Source of the DNA: Octopus vulgaris
Lineage: Eukaryota
Assembly: GCA_951406725.2 (NCBI GenBank)
Contig: OX597814.1
Coordinates: 118,606,001 to 118,670,000 of the forward strand
Direction of reading: 5' to 3'
DNA length: 64,000 nucleotides
A model generated the notes under the pieces. That model saw only the letters and a list, made by a program, of their open reading frames with translations. It had not been told where the DNA came from and made no database searches. How positions within the stretch are numbered: position 1 is the first letter of the stretch; every line of letters starts with the position of its first letter. The position numbers and the translations under genes are program-made. This document shows positions 25,588-39,624 of the stretch, one piece after another.

Positions 25588-28154
25588 TCATTAATTTTAA
25601 AAAGAAAAGGAAAAGAAAGCCCCCAAAATAAATAAAAAAGAGGACATAGCACAAGTAATGTAGTAAGTGGACGCTCGGTGAACGGGAAGTGTAGTTGTTT
25701 TACATTTTCTAGCATAGGTCTTCTGCTGAAAGAGGAATATCAGTTAAGTCCAAGGAAAAGAATCACTAGTGATCAACGTACAGTTATATATCTACATACA
25801 AACACACACACTTACACACACGCACACACACACACGCACGCACAAATGCATATACGCACAAATATACTAAATGTGTTCACTGTTACTGTGTGCAACAATG
25901 TGTGTGTTTGTGTGTGTGTTTCTGCTTACATAAATGCCAGATATTAAGGATAAATATACTGATATCATATTTTACATGTATTTAAGAATTCATTCATTGG
26001 CCTACGCCACGGAACATAGCATTTGCAATGCAACGGTGCCTAAATCAATTCATTTGCAAGGAAATTTTAAACTCCGTTTTCGAATAACTTGTTCATTTAT
26101 TATCTGAAATGCCTGTTCTATGGTATAAAATTTACAGTGCATTATTTAGTAACCAGTTTAATGAAATGACTTTTATTAGATTTTCATAGCAAAATAGATA
26201 TAGTATTTTCGGTCTTTTAAGTAATATATTAATTATAAAAGTGCTATGTCGCACGTTCGGATGCCTTCTACTCAACTATGCTCCACTCTCTCTGGCGTCT
26301 AGAATTCTCCCTCTATATCTACGTATTGGGCTAGCCTAATTCATCGTCTGGGGGCGTCCACACAACAAAAAGATTTATAAATTTCTTTCTCAAGAATCAA
26401 TAGGTGTCATTTAAATGCAAAAAAGAAAAAAGATATCAGGCTATATTGTGCAACTACAGAAGATAATTATTGAATCACACAGTGTAGTTTAACTCCGAAC
26501 CGTTCTACAGTATGACGCTTCTTTCTTGATATAGTATCCGACTCTATCATTGGTTGTCTCGTTTCCGTCTCAGTTAATCTCATTCCACCTTCTATCACGA
26601 CATGCCGCTCATCATAATTATCAAGCACATTTTCATCATAGATATCTTGAATAGTTATGAAACTTTGTTGAGGACACGAATTCTCAAACCTTTGTCGGTG
26701 ACATAAAGGTTTCCCTAATATGACGGGTTCGGTAAAATAAATACTGTTTAAAAGTTAAGTTTTCTTTCACACTTACTCATTGAGAACTAAACTGTCCAAG
26801 GCAACAAATCGACAATAAAGTTAACAATACTGCAAATACTTTCACTATGGAACTATAGCAACGAACGTAACTTATATAACAGTTTGTTGATCTGTGTAGT
26901 TTATTGTTAAATGAGTTGGCCAGGACACCAAGTAAAGTGAAATATTATAGAAACTTATATAAACGACGGAAAAGTAGCGATAATAAATGAAAACCAGCAT
27001 GTTCCATACTTAGAATGGTGACATACTAAAGTTGCTAAGCAGTAAATTTATGATTTTCTTCATACGTCAGTGAGATCACTAAAGAATTCAATGTGGTATT
27101 GATTTTGTCTTTGCTATACAGCAAGTTACTTCGTAATTTTTTGCTTAGCTATTGTGTAATGTTATGGCAGATACCGACAGGAGGATAATTTTAGTAATTC
27201 ACTTACGTTGGTGGCTGTAGGCAGCGGTTTATTTCTTTGATGCGAATGCACTGCATTATGTAATGACAATAGTTGACATGTTTTCTGATGTAGCCTAAAA
27301 GATATTTCAATCAGAATGTTAACATAATCTGAAATAAATATGCTTCTTAAGTACTTCCCCAGGCAATCGTTAATGCATTATTTAAGAAAAAGCCAAAAAA
27401 ATAAAAAATAAAACGAAAAAAATAAAAAAAATCTCTATTTCTCGCAAAGTGTGAATGAAATTTTAGGGTATTTACAATTAAAATGAACAAGACTATAACA
27501 TAAAAGGAGAAACTAAAGTAGGATGTATCTCTTATGATAAAAGATGTTTCTTAAAAAAAATAAAAAGGAATAAAAATAAATCTTGAAATCAATTTCTTAA
27601 AGAAACTCGACTTTAACAAGATTCCGATTTCCAAAGAAAAGTTAATTAGTCCATATAAGCTGAAGACGTTAAGCTTTGTTCTTTATGCAGGATTTGTCTC
27701 ATTTAATTAAAAGACACTACTTTAAAATAATTAAACTCAATTTGGGAATATAAACACGGATTCTTTATGTAGACTGCTATTTACTGCAGAAAAAGTTAAG
27801 TAGTGTATATAAACGGAAGATGTGAAGATACCTTTGATTATGTTAAAATAAAGTGTATACAGGTAAGGTATTGGCACACGGTGGTAAATTTCAAATATGT
27901 ACGGTTGAATCTGACTCATCGTATTGTGTAAAGCTGAGAAGGGGATAAGCTGCTTTACAAGAAGGTATATGTTATATAAAGATTCCATGCATAAATTGAA
28001 TCCATTTCAACATCACTTACACTGCCCCTGTTTAAAGATGGAATGTAACTTCATAATATCACATGATGGCAGCTATTTGCTTTTATCCAGAACAGTTTGT
28101 GTATTGAGGCACATGAAGCAAGGGAGATAATATTTAACCGGGCTGCAGCTCGAT

Positions 28155-28597
28155 TATGATGAGGATGATTGCAGCGACGACGACGAAGATGATTATGTTG
28201 CTGTTGCTACTGCAGGAGTTGATGATGATGATGTTGAGGATGATGGCAATTGTGATGATGATGATGGTGTTGGCGGCAGTGGTGGTGGTGGTGTTGGTGG
28301 TGGTGGTGCTGAAGATAATAACTGAGGTTATGGTGATGTAGGTAGCGGTTGTAGGGAGAGATAGTTCTTGTTGTGTTGGTAGTGTTGTTGGTGGTGGTCG
28401 TCGACGTGAAGATGGCGCTTGCAGAGTAGGTTGGGCAGCGAGTTGTTAAGATCACTGTGGTGGTTATTGTTATTGTTGTTGTTGTTGTCTTCTTCTTCTT
28501 CTCCTTCTTCTGCTCCTTCTTTTTTCTCTTCTTCTTCTTCTTCTTCTTCTTCTTCTTCTTCTTCTTCTTCTTCTTCTTCTTCTTCTTCTTCTTCTTC
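28155..28597. repeat. Low-complexity (ATG)n/(GTG)n/(TTG)n/(TTC)n tract
   Basis: Direct reading. Confidence 0.9.
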
Positions 28598-28599
28598 CA

Positions 28600-29078
28600 A
28601 TCAGGATTCAGGCCATTAGCCACAAAGAATAATCTTTAATTCGAGCCTACTCTAACCTACTAAGAATGCGTGTGGCAACTTGAAGATCCACCCACCACAC
28701 GCAATAGACTGGCAGTTGCACGGGCGCGAAAGCTACATTGTTATCCTCATTCCGTAAACAGTGGCTTTTAATGGGTGTAGAGCTGAACCACCCTGGGATA
28801 AAGAAGATTCGCAATCTAGACTAGGGTCTGAAAGTTTACAACACCATAGTGAGTTTCACCATGATTCCTCTGCTTTGTGGCAGAAGTAGGAAGATAGAGT
28901 GAGAGCAAGTTGTGGTGAAAGAGTGCAGCGGGGTTAACCACCCCCGCGCACCGCTGGAGTCTCGTGGAGCTTAGGTGTTTTTGCTCAGTAAACACTCAGA
29001 ATGTCCGGTCTGGGAATCGAAACAGCGTTCTTACAATGGCGAGTCCGCTGCCTTAACCACTGGGTCATTGCGCCTCCA
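28600..29078 (-). mobile_element. SINE A with a distinct long tail
   Basis: Head CCTTAACCACTGGGTCATTGCGCCTCC; body shared with 23166. Confidence 0.75.
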
Positions 29079-29593
29079 CTGTTGTAGTTGTAGCAGCGAA
29101 CTCCAGGTAACAAATAACATGTTGTTACGTAAAAACAAACTGGGTGTTTGAAGATAACTTCATTACATTGATTTCACATCTACACTTAATACTTTTCTAT
29201 CACATTCAAACTTTATGAAATTAGTTTCTAATTATTTTGTGCATTCACTAGCTTCAACACATGATGTTGCTTCTTTTCACTTGACATAATACGTGACATA
29301 TCACAATCATATTTCACATATTTTTTTTTTATATAATTCAAGAATTAAAAGACTGATTCTTATAAACCACCAACACATCTTGCACACTGTGCATATTCAG
29401 CGTAGAGACACAGCACAGCAGAGACTGCGAAGGCTAGTATGCAGAGTATAACCACTATAATGATTATAGACAGTATCGGCTGGCATACGAAGTATAGACA
29501 TTATACATAATATAGATATCATAGGCATCAAGCATGGTGAAGAAATTTGGCGGGAGAGGAAATGAAATTTGCATATATTATATTGATTCTAGT

Positions 29594-29889
29594 GGAGGCA
29601 TATGGCCTAGGGGTTATAGCAGCGGACTCGTGGTCTAGGGATCGCGGATTGGAATCTCAGACCGCGCAATGTGTGTGTTTATGAGCGAAACACCTAAGCA
29701 ACACGCGGTTCCGGCATAAGGTAATGGTGAACTTCTGCTGACTCTTACGCCACAACTTTCTCTCACTCTTCCTTCATGCATCTTGCAGCTCACCTGCGAC
29801 GGAAAGGCGTCCAGTCAGGGTGGGGAACCTATACGCCAAGGAAACCGGGAAACCTTATGAGCCAGGCGTTGCTCGAGAAGGAACAAACA
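29594..29889 (+). mobile_element. SINE A
   Basis: GGAGGCATATGGCCTAGGGGTTATAGCAGCGGACTCG...CTCGAGAAGGAACAAACA; same subtype as 38596. Confidence 0.85.
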
Positions 29890-29894
29890 TATTG

Positions 29895-30290
29895 ATAATA
29901 ATGAACGTCCGCTGTTGTGGACGTTGGCCAAGCGCACCATATAGAAGGAGAAGCTAGGTCATGGTGTGTTCTGCTGTGCCTCCTCAGTTTGAAGCGTGCT
30001 CAAAAGAGTCTGCTACAGGTCGGACACTGGCGGTCTCTAAAGAATGAAGTTAGCTCGAGACTTGCGCAGGTAATGCTTCCTTCTGAACCCGTGGTCCAGT
30101 TCTGTTCGTAAAAGGGACCATAAACGCATACGAAAGGACTAAGTATACTCAATTGGCCATATCCAGGACTATGCCATGTTAACAGGGACGACAGATCGGC
30201 AACCGAAACGGTTGAGAAACTGTAATATGGAAAATACAAAATAGTGCATAACAGATAAGGAGAAGGACTTGTATTGGCACTGGAATTCAC
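29895..30290 (-). mobile_element. RTE-like LINE 3' end
   Basis: Minus strand QCPTCSRLF*ARFKLRRHSRTH resembles the C-terminal C2H2 finger of RTE ORFs. Confidence 0.55.
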
Positions 30291-30377
30291 GGTCTGAAGG
30301 AATAAATAGAATGTAGTGCGTAATTAAAGCACAGAGGACAAAAATATAATGTAATGGTTTGTATATATGTATATATA

Positions 30378-30447
<70 letters not shown>

Positions 30448-30837
30448 CTGTATGTATACATATATATCTATGTATATATGTATATATACATAAATATATA
30501 AATGTATGTGTGTGTATATGAATACGAGGTGGTATTAAAACGTTCCGGGCTAGTTCCGTAGCATGCCAAACGATCGCAGCACACGGTGGAATTCGCAGTG
30601 AGAGCTAATTCTGACCTTCTTGCTGATGTCTACAAGCGCTTAGCGGTATAGAGGCAACGTCCCTTCTGAAATCCCAGCTACACGTTAATTGTTTTAAATT
30701 CATATTTTATTTCAATTAATGAAGTTATAAATTTTAAATTAACAATTTTATTTTGGTGTTTTTCGAATATATATTCACTGCAATTCAGTTATTGTGTATA
30801 GATTCTCTAATCCAAAATTAAATTTATATCTTCTGTA

Positions 30838-31060
30838 TATGAAGAGGGTGTTGAAAATTTCTTGGCTTTAATGCTATCGTCAAAAGATTGGCTGGAGGCC
30901 CAACTTGTCGATTTCTTTTACAGAGCTTAGAACAACTGCGCGAGTGCTGCAAAAAGTGTGTGAGTTGTTTTCGGGGAATATGTTAAATAAAATCATAATA
31001 AACTGATCCTCTTGTATTTTGTTTTACAGAAAGCCAGAAAAGTTTCAGTGCCCCATCATA
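30838..31060. mobile_element. Mariner-type MITE
   Basis: Imperfect TIRs TATGAAGAGGGTGTTGAAAATTTCTTGGCTTT / AAAGCCAGAAAAGTTTCAGTGCCCCATCATA with TA ends. Confidence 0.6.
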
Positions 31061-31997
31061 TATTTGCGACACTGGTTGCACTGAGTTATGATTTCAATCA
31101 TTCACTACAAATACATGCCATCGTTCTATATATATATATGTATGTATAATTTCATTCCTCAGGACAATACGGTTCTAAAAGTGGATTCCAAATAAGGCAA
31201 GCATCCACACTGAAGAATATTTGACTTTGCTATCATTTATAGCATACGGCACTACACCTACCTAAATGTTTTCCTTCGATTCTAGTGACGACAATCTGCA
31301 AAGCCTATTTGATAGTTCTGTGCAAATTTCCCCTCTCTAACATAACACAATTTAAAGCATGAGCGGGTATATTTATATATATTACAAAGAAAATTAACTA
31401 AATATTTTAAACAAATTTTGATTCACTTTATTGAATTTGAGCTTATAAAACAATCGTTCAGAACATTAAGATTTAAAATTAGATTATTGATCAAACCTCT
31501 GGTAATTTCTGTCAAAATCTCAGCATTTATTTGGTAAAAAAGCAGACTCATACGTCATATACATGAACGAAAATACAGATTTTGTGACAGTTATAAATAC
31601 GTTATATTACATAACGAATGTGTTAAGTATTCAGGTCGATTGTATTGAATTCCAGATAGTGGCAACACTTCCACTTAAAGCAATAATATTTAATTCATGT
31701 ATGTTGGAACACTAGACTTTAATATCGCCATTATCGAACTACTAAAAGCTATTTCGTTTCATCTAATTCCATTACCATTGTGTACTCCACTGTGGTCAAC
31801 TGAGAGATAAAAATGGAATCAGGCTTTATATCACGAAACGACGATTTTAATTATCGCCATAATAATGTATTTTTAATAATGAAACGTGTAGTATTTATAG
31901 TTCAATGAATGGTTACCTTTATATTAAGTGTTACCTTCCTTGTATAAAACGACGTAAAACTTGCAAGTATTTTGTATCTTCAGAAATATTGAATATC

Positions 31998-32090
31998 CCA
32001 CTGCGTGGCATCTTAGGCAAGTATCGGGTCGACCAAAGCCTTGTGAGTGGATCTGGTAGATGAAAAATGAAAGAACCCCTTCGCGTATAT
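31998..32090 (+). mobile_element. SINE C fragment
   Basis: CCCACTGCGTGGCATCTTAGGCAAGT...GACCAAAGCCTTGTGAGTGGATCTGGTAG. Confidence 0.7.
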
Positions 32091-33107
32091 ATGTATGTAT
32101 ATATATATCCATCTTAGCATGTGTGTGTGTCTATGTGCATGTGTGTTTAAGTACACACACGCATGCACACATTCACGCACATACACATATATTTGAACGA
32201 ATATTTTACGTTTAACGCTAAAAATTGGCAAGAGATTTAGCGTTCTGTTCATGGGTCCTTCGAGACTAGAGCATAGAAGACATCAAGAGGAGAAATATGA
32301 ATAACGAAAAGAGGTTGAAAGCGAACGTAAATTTAGGTACCAAGGGGGAATGCGTTTCTATTTGAGAAATAAGGAAGTAGGCGATGGTGGAGTGGGAACA
32401 GGTATAAAAGCGCAACTGCATTTAGAGATTGGCGGAAGTCAGGAGTGATCTGGGTGTGACCTGTGGTTCATGCAAGTATGAAAATATATTAATTTACTGG
32501 AAGTATAAGGTATAAGGAGATAGGTGTGAGAGTGTGTGAGTGTGTATGTGCACGTGTGTTAGCTGACCGTGGAAATGAAAATGTTGGCAGATATAAGAGG
32601 ACTGTAGGTTAGAAGAAGTGTATACATGAGAGATGCGGTTAGAAAGTTACGAACAGGGAGGTATAATGTGGGGTGAATGTTTAGAGTTAGGAAAGAGAAA
32701 AGCCGGAAATACAAAAAAAAAAAGGCAATACAATACTAGTGAGGAAGTGAACAATAGGGAATTGTTGCACGTTTTAGGAGAGGAGAGGATTGACAGGTAA
32801 CTTGGAGAAAAAGCACGAATGAATGAAAGACAAATAATTACAAGTAAACACCCATTGAAATTATATATAAATATTATTATTTCTAAATCTCTCTAAAGGA
32901 GACTACTGCAGCAGTACTAGATATTAACTATTATCGCTAGGCTAAAATGGCAGTCCAGAAAAATTGGAGGAATGCTGCCGTTGATTAGCTACAAGAGGCC
33001 ATCGCCTCTACCTAGCTATTATTAATACACAAGTGTTTTTATTGCATTGAAATTATATTACATAGTGTACTAGATGAGTGAAGGTAAAGAGATATTTTAC
33101 CATAATT

Positions 33108-33363
33108 TATATAGCAATAAGAATAAGAATATATAGGTGGTTCATCAACGTTTAGACGTTATTTTAATATAACTTATCTATTTATTTACTAAACTGTTAA
33201 TTACAATAATATGCATACATATAACATATTATACTTTACATATAAAATATAAAATATATGAATATATAAGGATACCAGTAATCATTATAAAATTTATAAG
33301 TTAACATAATGTAATGTCTAAAATTTGATGAATCGCCTATTGATCCCCTCCATTTTCTAATTG

Positions 33364-33370
<7 letters not shown>
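33108..33370. repeat. (TA)-anchored inverted repeat
   Basis: Arms ~33108-33161 and 33312-33370 (TAGGTGGTTCATCAACGTTTAGACGTTA / TAATGTCTAAAATTTGATGAATCGCCTA). Confidence 0.6.
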
Positions 33371-33432
<62 letters not shown>

Positions 33433-33483
33433 TCGCCGGTAATTCCAAAAGTTTTTTTTTTATTCTGCCTCTGTTTATTTCCA

Positions 33484-33776
33484 TGAAAAGGCAAAGTCGA
33501 CCTCAGCGGAATTTGAACTCAGAACGAAAAGACAGACGAAATACCTATTTCTTTACTACCCACAAGGGGCTAAACAAAGAGAGAGCAAACAAGGACAGAC
33601 AAACGGAATAAGTCGATTATATCGACCCCAGTGCGTAACTGGTACTTAGTTAATCGACCACGAAAGGATGAAAGACAAAATCGACCCCGGCGGAATTTGA
33701 ACTCAGAACGTAACGGCAGATGAAATACCGCTCAGCATTTCGCCCGGCGTGCTAACGTTTCTGCCAACTCGCCGCT
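33484..33776 (-). mobile_element. SINE B with partial tandem duplication
   Basis: GTCGACCTCAGCGGAATTTGAACTCAGAACG occurs twice (second copy diverged); head TCTGCCAACTCGCCGC. Confidence 0.85.
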
Positions 33777-33983
33777 TCTATTCCTCAGGAATTTTCGAAC
33801 ACAAAGACAATAGAAATGGAAATGTCAAATATAGAGATTAAGAGACCTTTGAAATGTCTCTGGCAACAAGAAGGTGTCACCTCTTCCTTCTGGGTACATA
33901 GTATCACATACATACATGCATGCATACATACATACATACATATCGTATACATACATTAACATATAGATGTATACGTATCCTAT

Positions 33984-34046
<63 letters not shown>

Positions 34047-35050
34047 CACACATATGCATATGTTCTTGTGTGTTTGTGTGTGTGTGTTTATTGTATGTGT
34101 GAGTGTGAGTGATATAACTGATATAATTTTCGAAAGACAATATTCAGTTCCCAATTTTCCTACATAATTTAAATTTTAGCTCACTACATGGATCTCAGGT
34201 ATTTGAGGAATGTGACACAAGTATCTGGCCTCAAATGGTAGCCACAGCGTTCGTAGGAAATCAATTGAAATGGAACATTTCAGTCACATTTTTGGAATAG
34301 TATTAACAAGAAATATTAAATTAGCGAAGAGAAATCTCCAAGGACCGCAGCAAATTAAGTAATAAGTATTTTGTTCAGCGACATGGTGAGTTGCTTTAAA
34401 TGTGCGCTGTTGGTCAGTTAGAAAGTATATTGTATGAATAATGTAGGTTGCACACCTCTTTTCAATTTGTACGTCAAGCAGTTTTTGTATGCAGGAGGAC
34501 TTATTGCAACATCCCACTGCCTTTCTGCCACATACTTTAATTAGAAGGTAGAACGGGCAGAATGTTGTGTGAACACAGTTCATTTTTAGTTAATTTGAAA
34601 ATTTTCATAAATATTACTATTGCATTAACTACAATATTTAGTTGCAATTAATGTTCTATAAATGCTAGGAAATCATTCCTATGAATAGCGAGAGGTGTTA
34701 TCAAATGCTGACTTACCAAATCACCTGAATGGACACGGTCAATGAGAATATCGTAATCCATTGATCTATAACAATGGTACTAATCTAGAGGCTGATCCCT
34801 GCTCGTTTAATCATAATAGCATGAAACATGCTCAAAATTTCGGAGGTATCTTCATCTGTGGAGGGTATAGTAATATGAATTTCAGCCAAACTATTATTTA
34901 TTGGACTGTTCAGCTTACAGAAATGATGTGGAAGATATCAGTTTCCATTCGAAGATTTGTAACCCCACCTCTCTCTCCCTCTCCCTCTCTCTCTCTCTCT
35001 CTCTATCTATTTATCTATAAAGGGATATATAATTTATGTATATATCTATA

Positions 35051-35147
<97 letters not shown>

Positions 35148-35434
35148 AGGATGAGATCGTTATTTAAATATCGATATTATCAGGTGGCCAGCATGGGAAT
35201 AAAATCATTCAAAGGTAATAATTATTATTAACATTATAATTTCGGATATCTAAGAGATACCACCACCCTGGAAATAGCAGCCAAAACATCACACTAAAAA
35301 CCACATTAAACGTTCATACAGCACCAGAAGTGAAGGCAAAGAGACAAAATAAACTGGCAAAATATACTAGAGTCAAATTTCGGTTGTTATTTCCAGTGTG
35401 CTGGTAACTCTTAGATACCCTAAATTATAATGGT
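35148..35434. repeat. (TA)n-flanked asymmetric inverted repeat
   Basis: Arms 35232-35286 and 35378-35432, with a left extension to (TA)n. Confidence 0.7.
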
Positions 35435-35559
35435 TATATATATATATATATATATATATATGCTCATTCACACATGTATAAAAGTGAATACATGCATATG
35501 CAAGCACCTGTACACACATGCAAACACAGACAGACACATACAGACACGCACACACACAC

Positions 35560-35594
<35 letters not shown>

Positions 35595-35754
35595 CTTTAT
35601 ATATATATATATATATTATATAGTATATTATATATTTATATATGATATATGTATAATATACAATATATATATATATGTGTATATGTATATCATACACACA
35701 CACGCACACATACACACACACACACAAAGAAACACACACACACATCTATATATA

Positions 35755-35975
35755 TAAAGTTAATCCAAACATGAAAACACCAAGAGAAAACACAAAAACG
35801 CGAGGACGTGGAACAAATATAGTATTATTGAACGCTCAGGAAGAAAGGGAAGAAGAAGGGTTTTACGTTTCGAGCGGAGCTCTTCGTCAGAAACATAGGA
35901 AAAGGAAAGATCCAGAGAAGGGAAGACGAAGGAAAAATAATCGACAACGGTACACACGCGGTCACGCCAAATGAA
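35755..35975 (-). mobile_element. Short HHR-bearing repeat (family H)
   Basis: Shares CCACGTCCTCGCGTT and the HHR with 53340-53563; 3' end at (TA)n. Confidence 0.7.
35860..35894 (-). ncRNA. Minimal hammerhead ribozyme
   Basis: Minus strand gttt-CTGACGA-a-gagc tcc gctc-GAAA-cg-TA-aaac. Stems I and II are 4 bp each, stem III is the ACGT palindrome, GUA site. Confidence 0.75.
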
Positions 35976-38595
35976 CCCAAGTGTGAAAAGAGCAAAATTA
36001 AAGCGTTGAAGGTGAAATATAGGGTGTCCATTTAACTCTTGATTGGAAAGATCTCCATGACTTTAGCATTTCTACAGCCATTTCTTTTAACGAAGAAATG
36101 GAAATTGAGGAGAAAAATTGTGCATAGAAAACAAGCCTTGAGCTGCATTTAACTACATGATTTATTTAGTTCTTGGTTTATATGCGCAGGGTTGGTTTCG
36201 TGCATAAGATGGTACAATTTGCTTGACACGCTTAATAAGCCTCAAGCTGGAATTGGACACAGAAACGCGCATTTCCTAAGCGGAAGGATTTACCACAATG
36301 CTTTAGATTATATTTCACAATTGCTTTGTTCAGTCAAATAAAGATTTTAATTTAATGTAAGGAAACGCCAGAGAGATTGTGAATTTCTTTGTTTTCGCTT
36401 TACAGCCATGATCGGGTTTGTTCCCCAATAGCATATCTCAAAATTATTTCTTGCTCTGACCCCGTATTTTATTCAAACATAGTGATCCTGAGTTTACATT
36501 ATACCATAAAGCCCTATCTTATTTCAACGGAGTAGAAACATTTACTCGATGTTATTTCTAACTGGATTACTGACGTTTCTGTCGTTAGTTCGATGCCTCT
36601 GATGCTATGTTTAATAGTAAATCGTTCTATTTTTATCGAATGGTAAACATTAACATCAAACTTCCACCCCAACATTACACTCTAGGACCTGTTCAAGGGA
36701 CAATAATTATTTTTAAAAAACAGCAATAATAAATGCATTCACCTTGTCAAAATATATATTTGAATTTACACTCGTCTTTATTACATTCTTTTTATAACTA
36801 ATAGCTTCCGCTTTTAGTGTAGGTTTAATATTCCGAAGTAAACTCTAAGCTTTGGTTAATCCGATAATGCGTCAAAGAAACAAATGAGTGCAGCTCATCA
36901 AATGCAAAGCATTCTATCTAAGTGAATGTAATCTTTCTGGTACTGATCTCTTGGCTGCAGATATATCTTATGTAGAAATAAAATTTCATGTTATTACGTC
37001 TAACATGTGTATTTTCAAATATCGTCTGAGATTTCAATTTTATTGACAAATTATTTGTAATTTGAACAAAACATTTGAATTAATAAACGATTGCTGGTAT
37101 ATACATTGCGTTATTTTGATGAGTTTCCACTTCACCGTTTGGTGAATGCAACTTATTTTCGACAGAAACAGTTTGTTATACTTCGAAAATCAGTCATATT
37201 ATTCAAACAAACACCGTATTAGAATGCAATAAAACAAAGTATAATTAAAGTAGTAATTATCTTTAAAAAAATTATTCATCAATTTAGATTTTCAAATAAT
37301 ATAGTATTTAAATTTTCGAAGGTACAATTCTAAATCAAAATGAAGCAAAAGAAAATAAAAAAAAACAAAAGGAAAACATAGAACAAGGAGATCAAAGAAA
37401 ATAAATAATATAAAATAAAAACATTGAATTAATCTGCAGATGAGAGATTATTGAAGAAAGAAATTGTTTACAAGCGGACAAATTTAAATCACTTTCGTCC
37501 TGTATTATTCATACAATTTTGATGTTTCGATAACGAATTATTGACAATGAGGTTATATTATAGTTAAATTGTAGAAGCAAATAAAATGCGATAAAATAAA
37601 CACAATTTCGTTAAAAATAATAAAGTACTAAGACTTTCAATAATACGTATATTACGTGTGTAATTCGAGAGTACTGATAGTCTTCAAATATAACAGAACC
37701 ACAATTGCTTTAAACATTTGAAACGCTTTGGTCCACTTATACGCTTCTAAATGTGAATGATAAATACATTTTCGTAGCTGTTCGTGAGTGCCGGAAAATA
37801 TTCACTAAAATTGGAATTATTTCGCCTATTGTTTATCAAACAGAACAGTTTTTAATTATTTGAGTATTTAGTATAAATCAAGTCAAATCTCATATAATAC
37901 TGAAAAAGATAAAAGAAGCCGAATACATTAAAATAGTGTTGAATTATAAGATTCCAAAGAAACACAAGATTTTAAAGTGGGTGGATTGGACTATTGTTGC
38001 CAAGTAAAAGCAAGAACAATAAAATTTGTGTAACTTAACTGTGAAAATGTAATTATATAAGATGACAGCAAAATGTATTTAAAAACAAAATTACATTATT
38101 AAGCTATGATAATATGTCGAGATATTGCTGGCGAGATTATATGGGTAGGGTGCTATCTTTGTAACGACGTGGTTTTGTGTTTGTCTACACGACACCTCTA
38201 TAGGTGGCTGGGGACTGAGTGAGAAGAAACAAACGGATGGAGACAGACATACAGAGAAGCGAGAGAGACAGACAGACAGACATACAGATAGACAGACATA
38301 GGCATAGAAAGGCAAAGAGACAGAGTGATGTGTCAATGCGTGTGGGCAAACTTGTCGTTCGTATTCGTCCAAGCTTCACAAACAATTTATCTCAGTTGAC
38401 GACCCTGGAAATTTCTTCTGTAGGATCTCGATTGGGGAATTTCCAAATTGAATAAGTTTCTGGATCGATTTTCTCAAATTAATAAATTTCAACTCATTAA
38501 TTCAGCATGGCTGCAGTTTGGCCGTAGTTCAATGATTGAAACAAGCAATAAAAGAATTGATCAATGAAATATTTTGATAGTGTGTAGTGTTGGCG

Positions 38596-38878
38596 GTTGT
38601 TGCTTGTTCCTTCTCGAGCCACGCCTGGCTCATAAGGGCCGGTTTCCCGGATTCCTAGGCGTATAGGTTCCCTCGCAGGTGAGCTGTAAGATGCATGAGC
38701 AAAGAGTGGGAGAAAGTTGTGGCGAAAGAGTCAGCAAAAGTTCGCCATTACCTTCTGCCGGAGCCGCGTGGAGCTTAGGTGTTCCACTCATAAACACACA
38801 CATCGCCCGGTCTGAGATTCGAACCCGCGGTCCCTCGACCGCGAGTTCGCTGTTCTAACCACTAGGCTATGTGCCTCC
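38596..38878 (-). mobile_element. SINE A
   Basis: Reverse complement of the 29594 subtype. Confidence 0.85.
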
Positions 38879-39413
38879 ACAAGCGTAGGAGTTTAGGGCA
38901 TTAAGTAACAGGGATAATTCCTTTACACAGATATTAAAAAGCTTGAAATGTTTAGCTGATTAAAACAGTTTAATGTAACAAGACGAAATGACAATCGAGT
39001 GACAGGCTCAGTAGAGTGCGCCCTTAGAGAATATTATTCCATATCTTTCAACTACGCACATTCCAGATACTATATTACAGCATGTGTGAGATTCAACAAC
39101 ACAGAACATACTCAATATGACATCATGTATCGCATGGTCTTGCTTAAGAAACCAAAGAAAAATCTTAATGATTTGTGTCCGTGCAGCCTCTTTGCAGCGA
39201 ATATTGCAAACTGCTTAACTAATATTGATCGATCAAATCTTAGGCGTTAACGAGCAACTCTGTCCTCATAGTGAATAGCCGCTGTACTCTATTCGTATTT
39301 CTAAAGAAATTACTTATGTTTTCCCAATACAATCTAACAAGGGCTCTTAATCACAAAAGAAGTTTTACTCCTTTTCAAATTCAATTTTGAAGGAACACAC
39401 ACATGCACACAAT

Positions 39414-39458
<45 letters not shown>

Positions 39459-39461
<3 letters not shown>

Positions 39462-39624
39462 GACGGGCTTCTTTCAGTTTCCGTCTTCCAAATCCACTCA
39501 CAAGGATTTGGTCGGCCCGAGACTATAGTAGAAAACGCTTGCCCATGATGCCACGCAGTAGAACTGAACGAGGAACAATGTGATTGGTAAGCAAGCTACG
39601 TACCACACAGCCACTCCTGCGCCT
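39459..39624 (-). mobile_element. SINE C 5' part (tRNA head)
   Basis: CGACGGGCTTCTTTCAG...TACCACACAGCCACTCCTGCGCCT. Confidence 0.85.

Noticed and set aside
28156-28639. Poly-K/E/S/H ORFs
   Set aside because: Trinucleotide low-complexity sequence, open in several frames.
32225-32830. Purine-rich block with a possible PLE 3' end and HHR trace on the minus strand
   Set aside because: Core too degraded (no intact CUGANGA or GAAA) to support a call.
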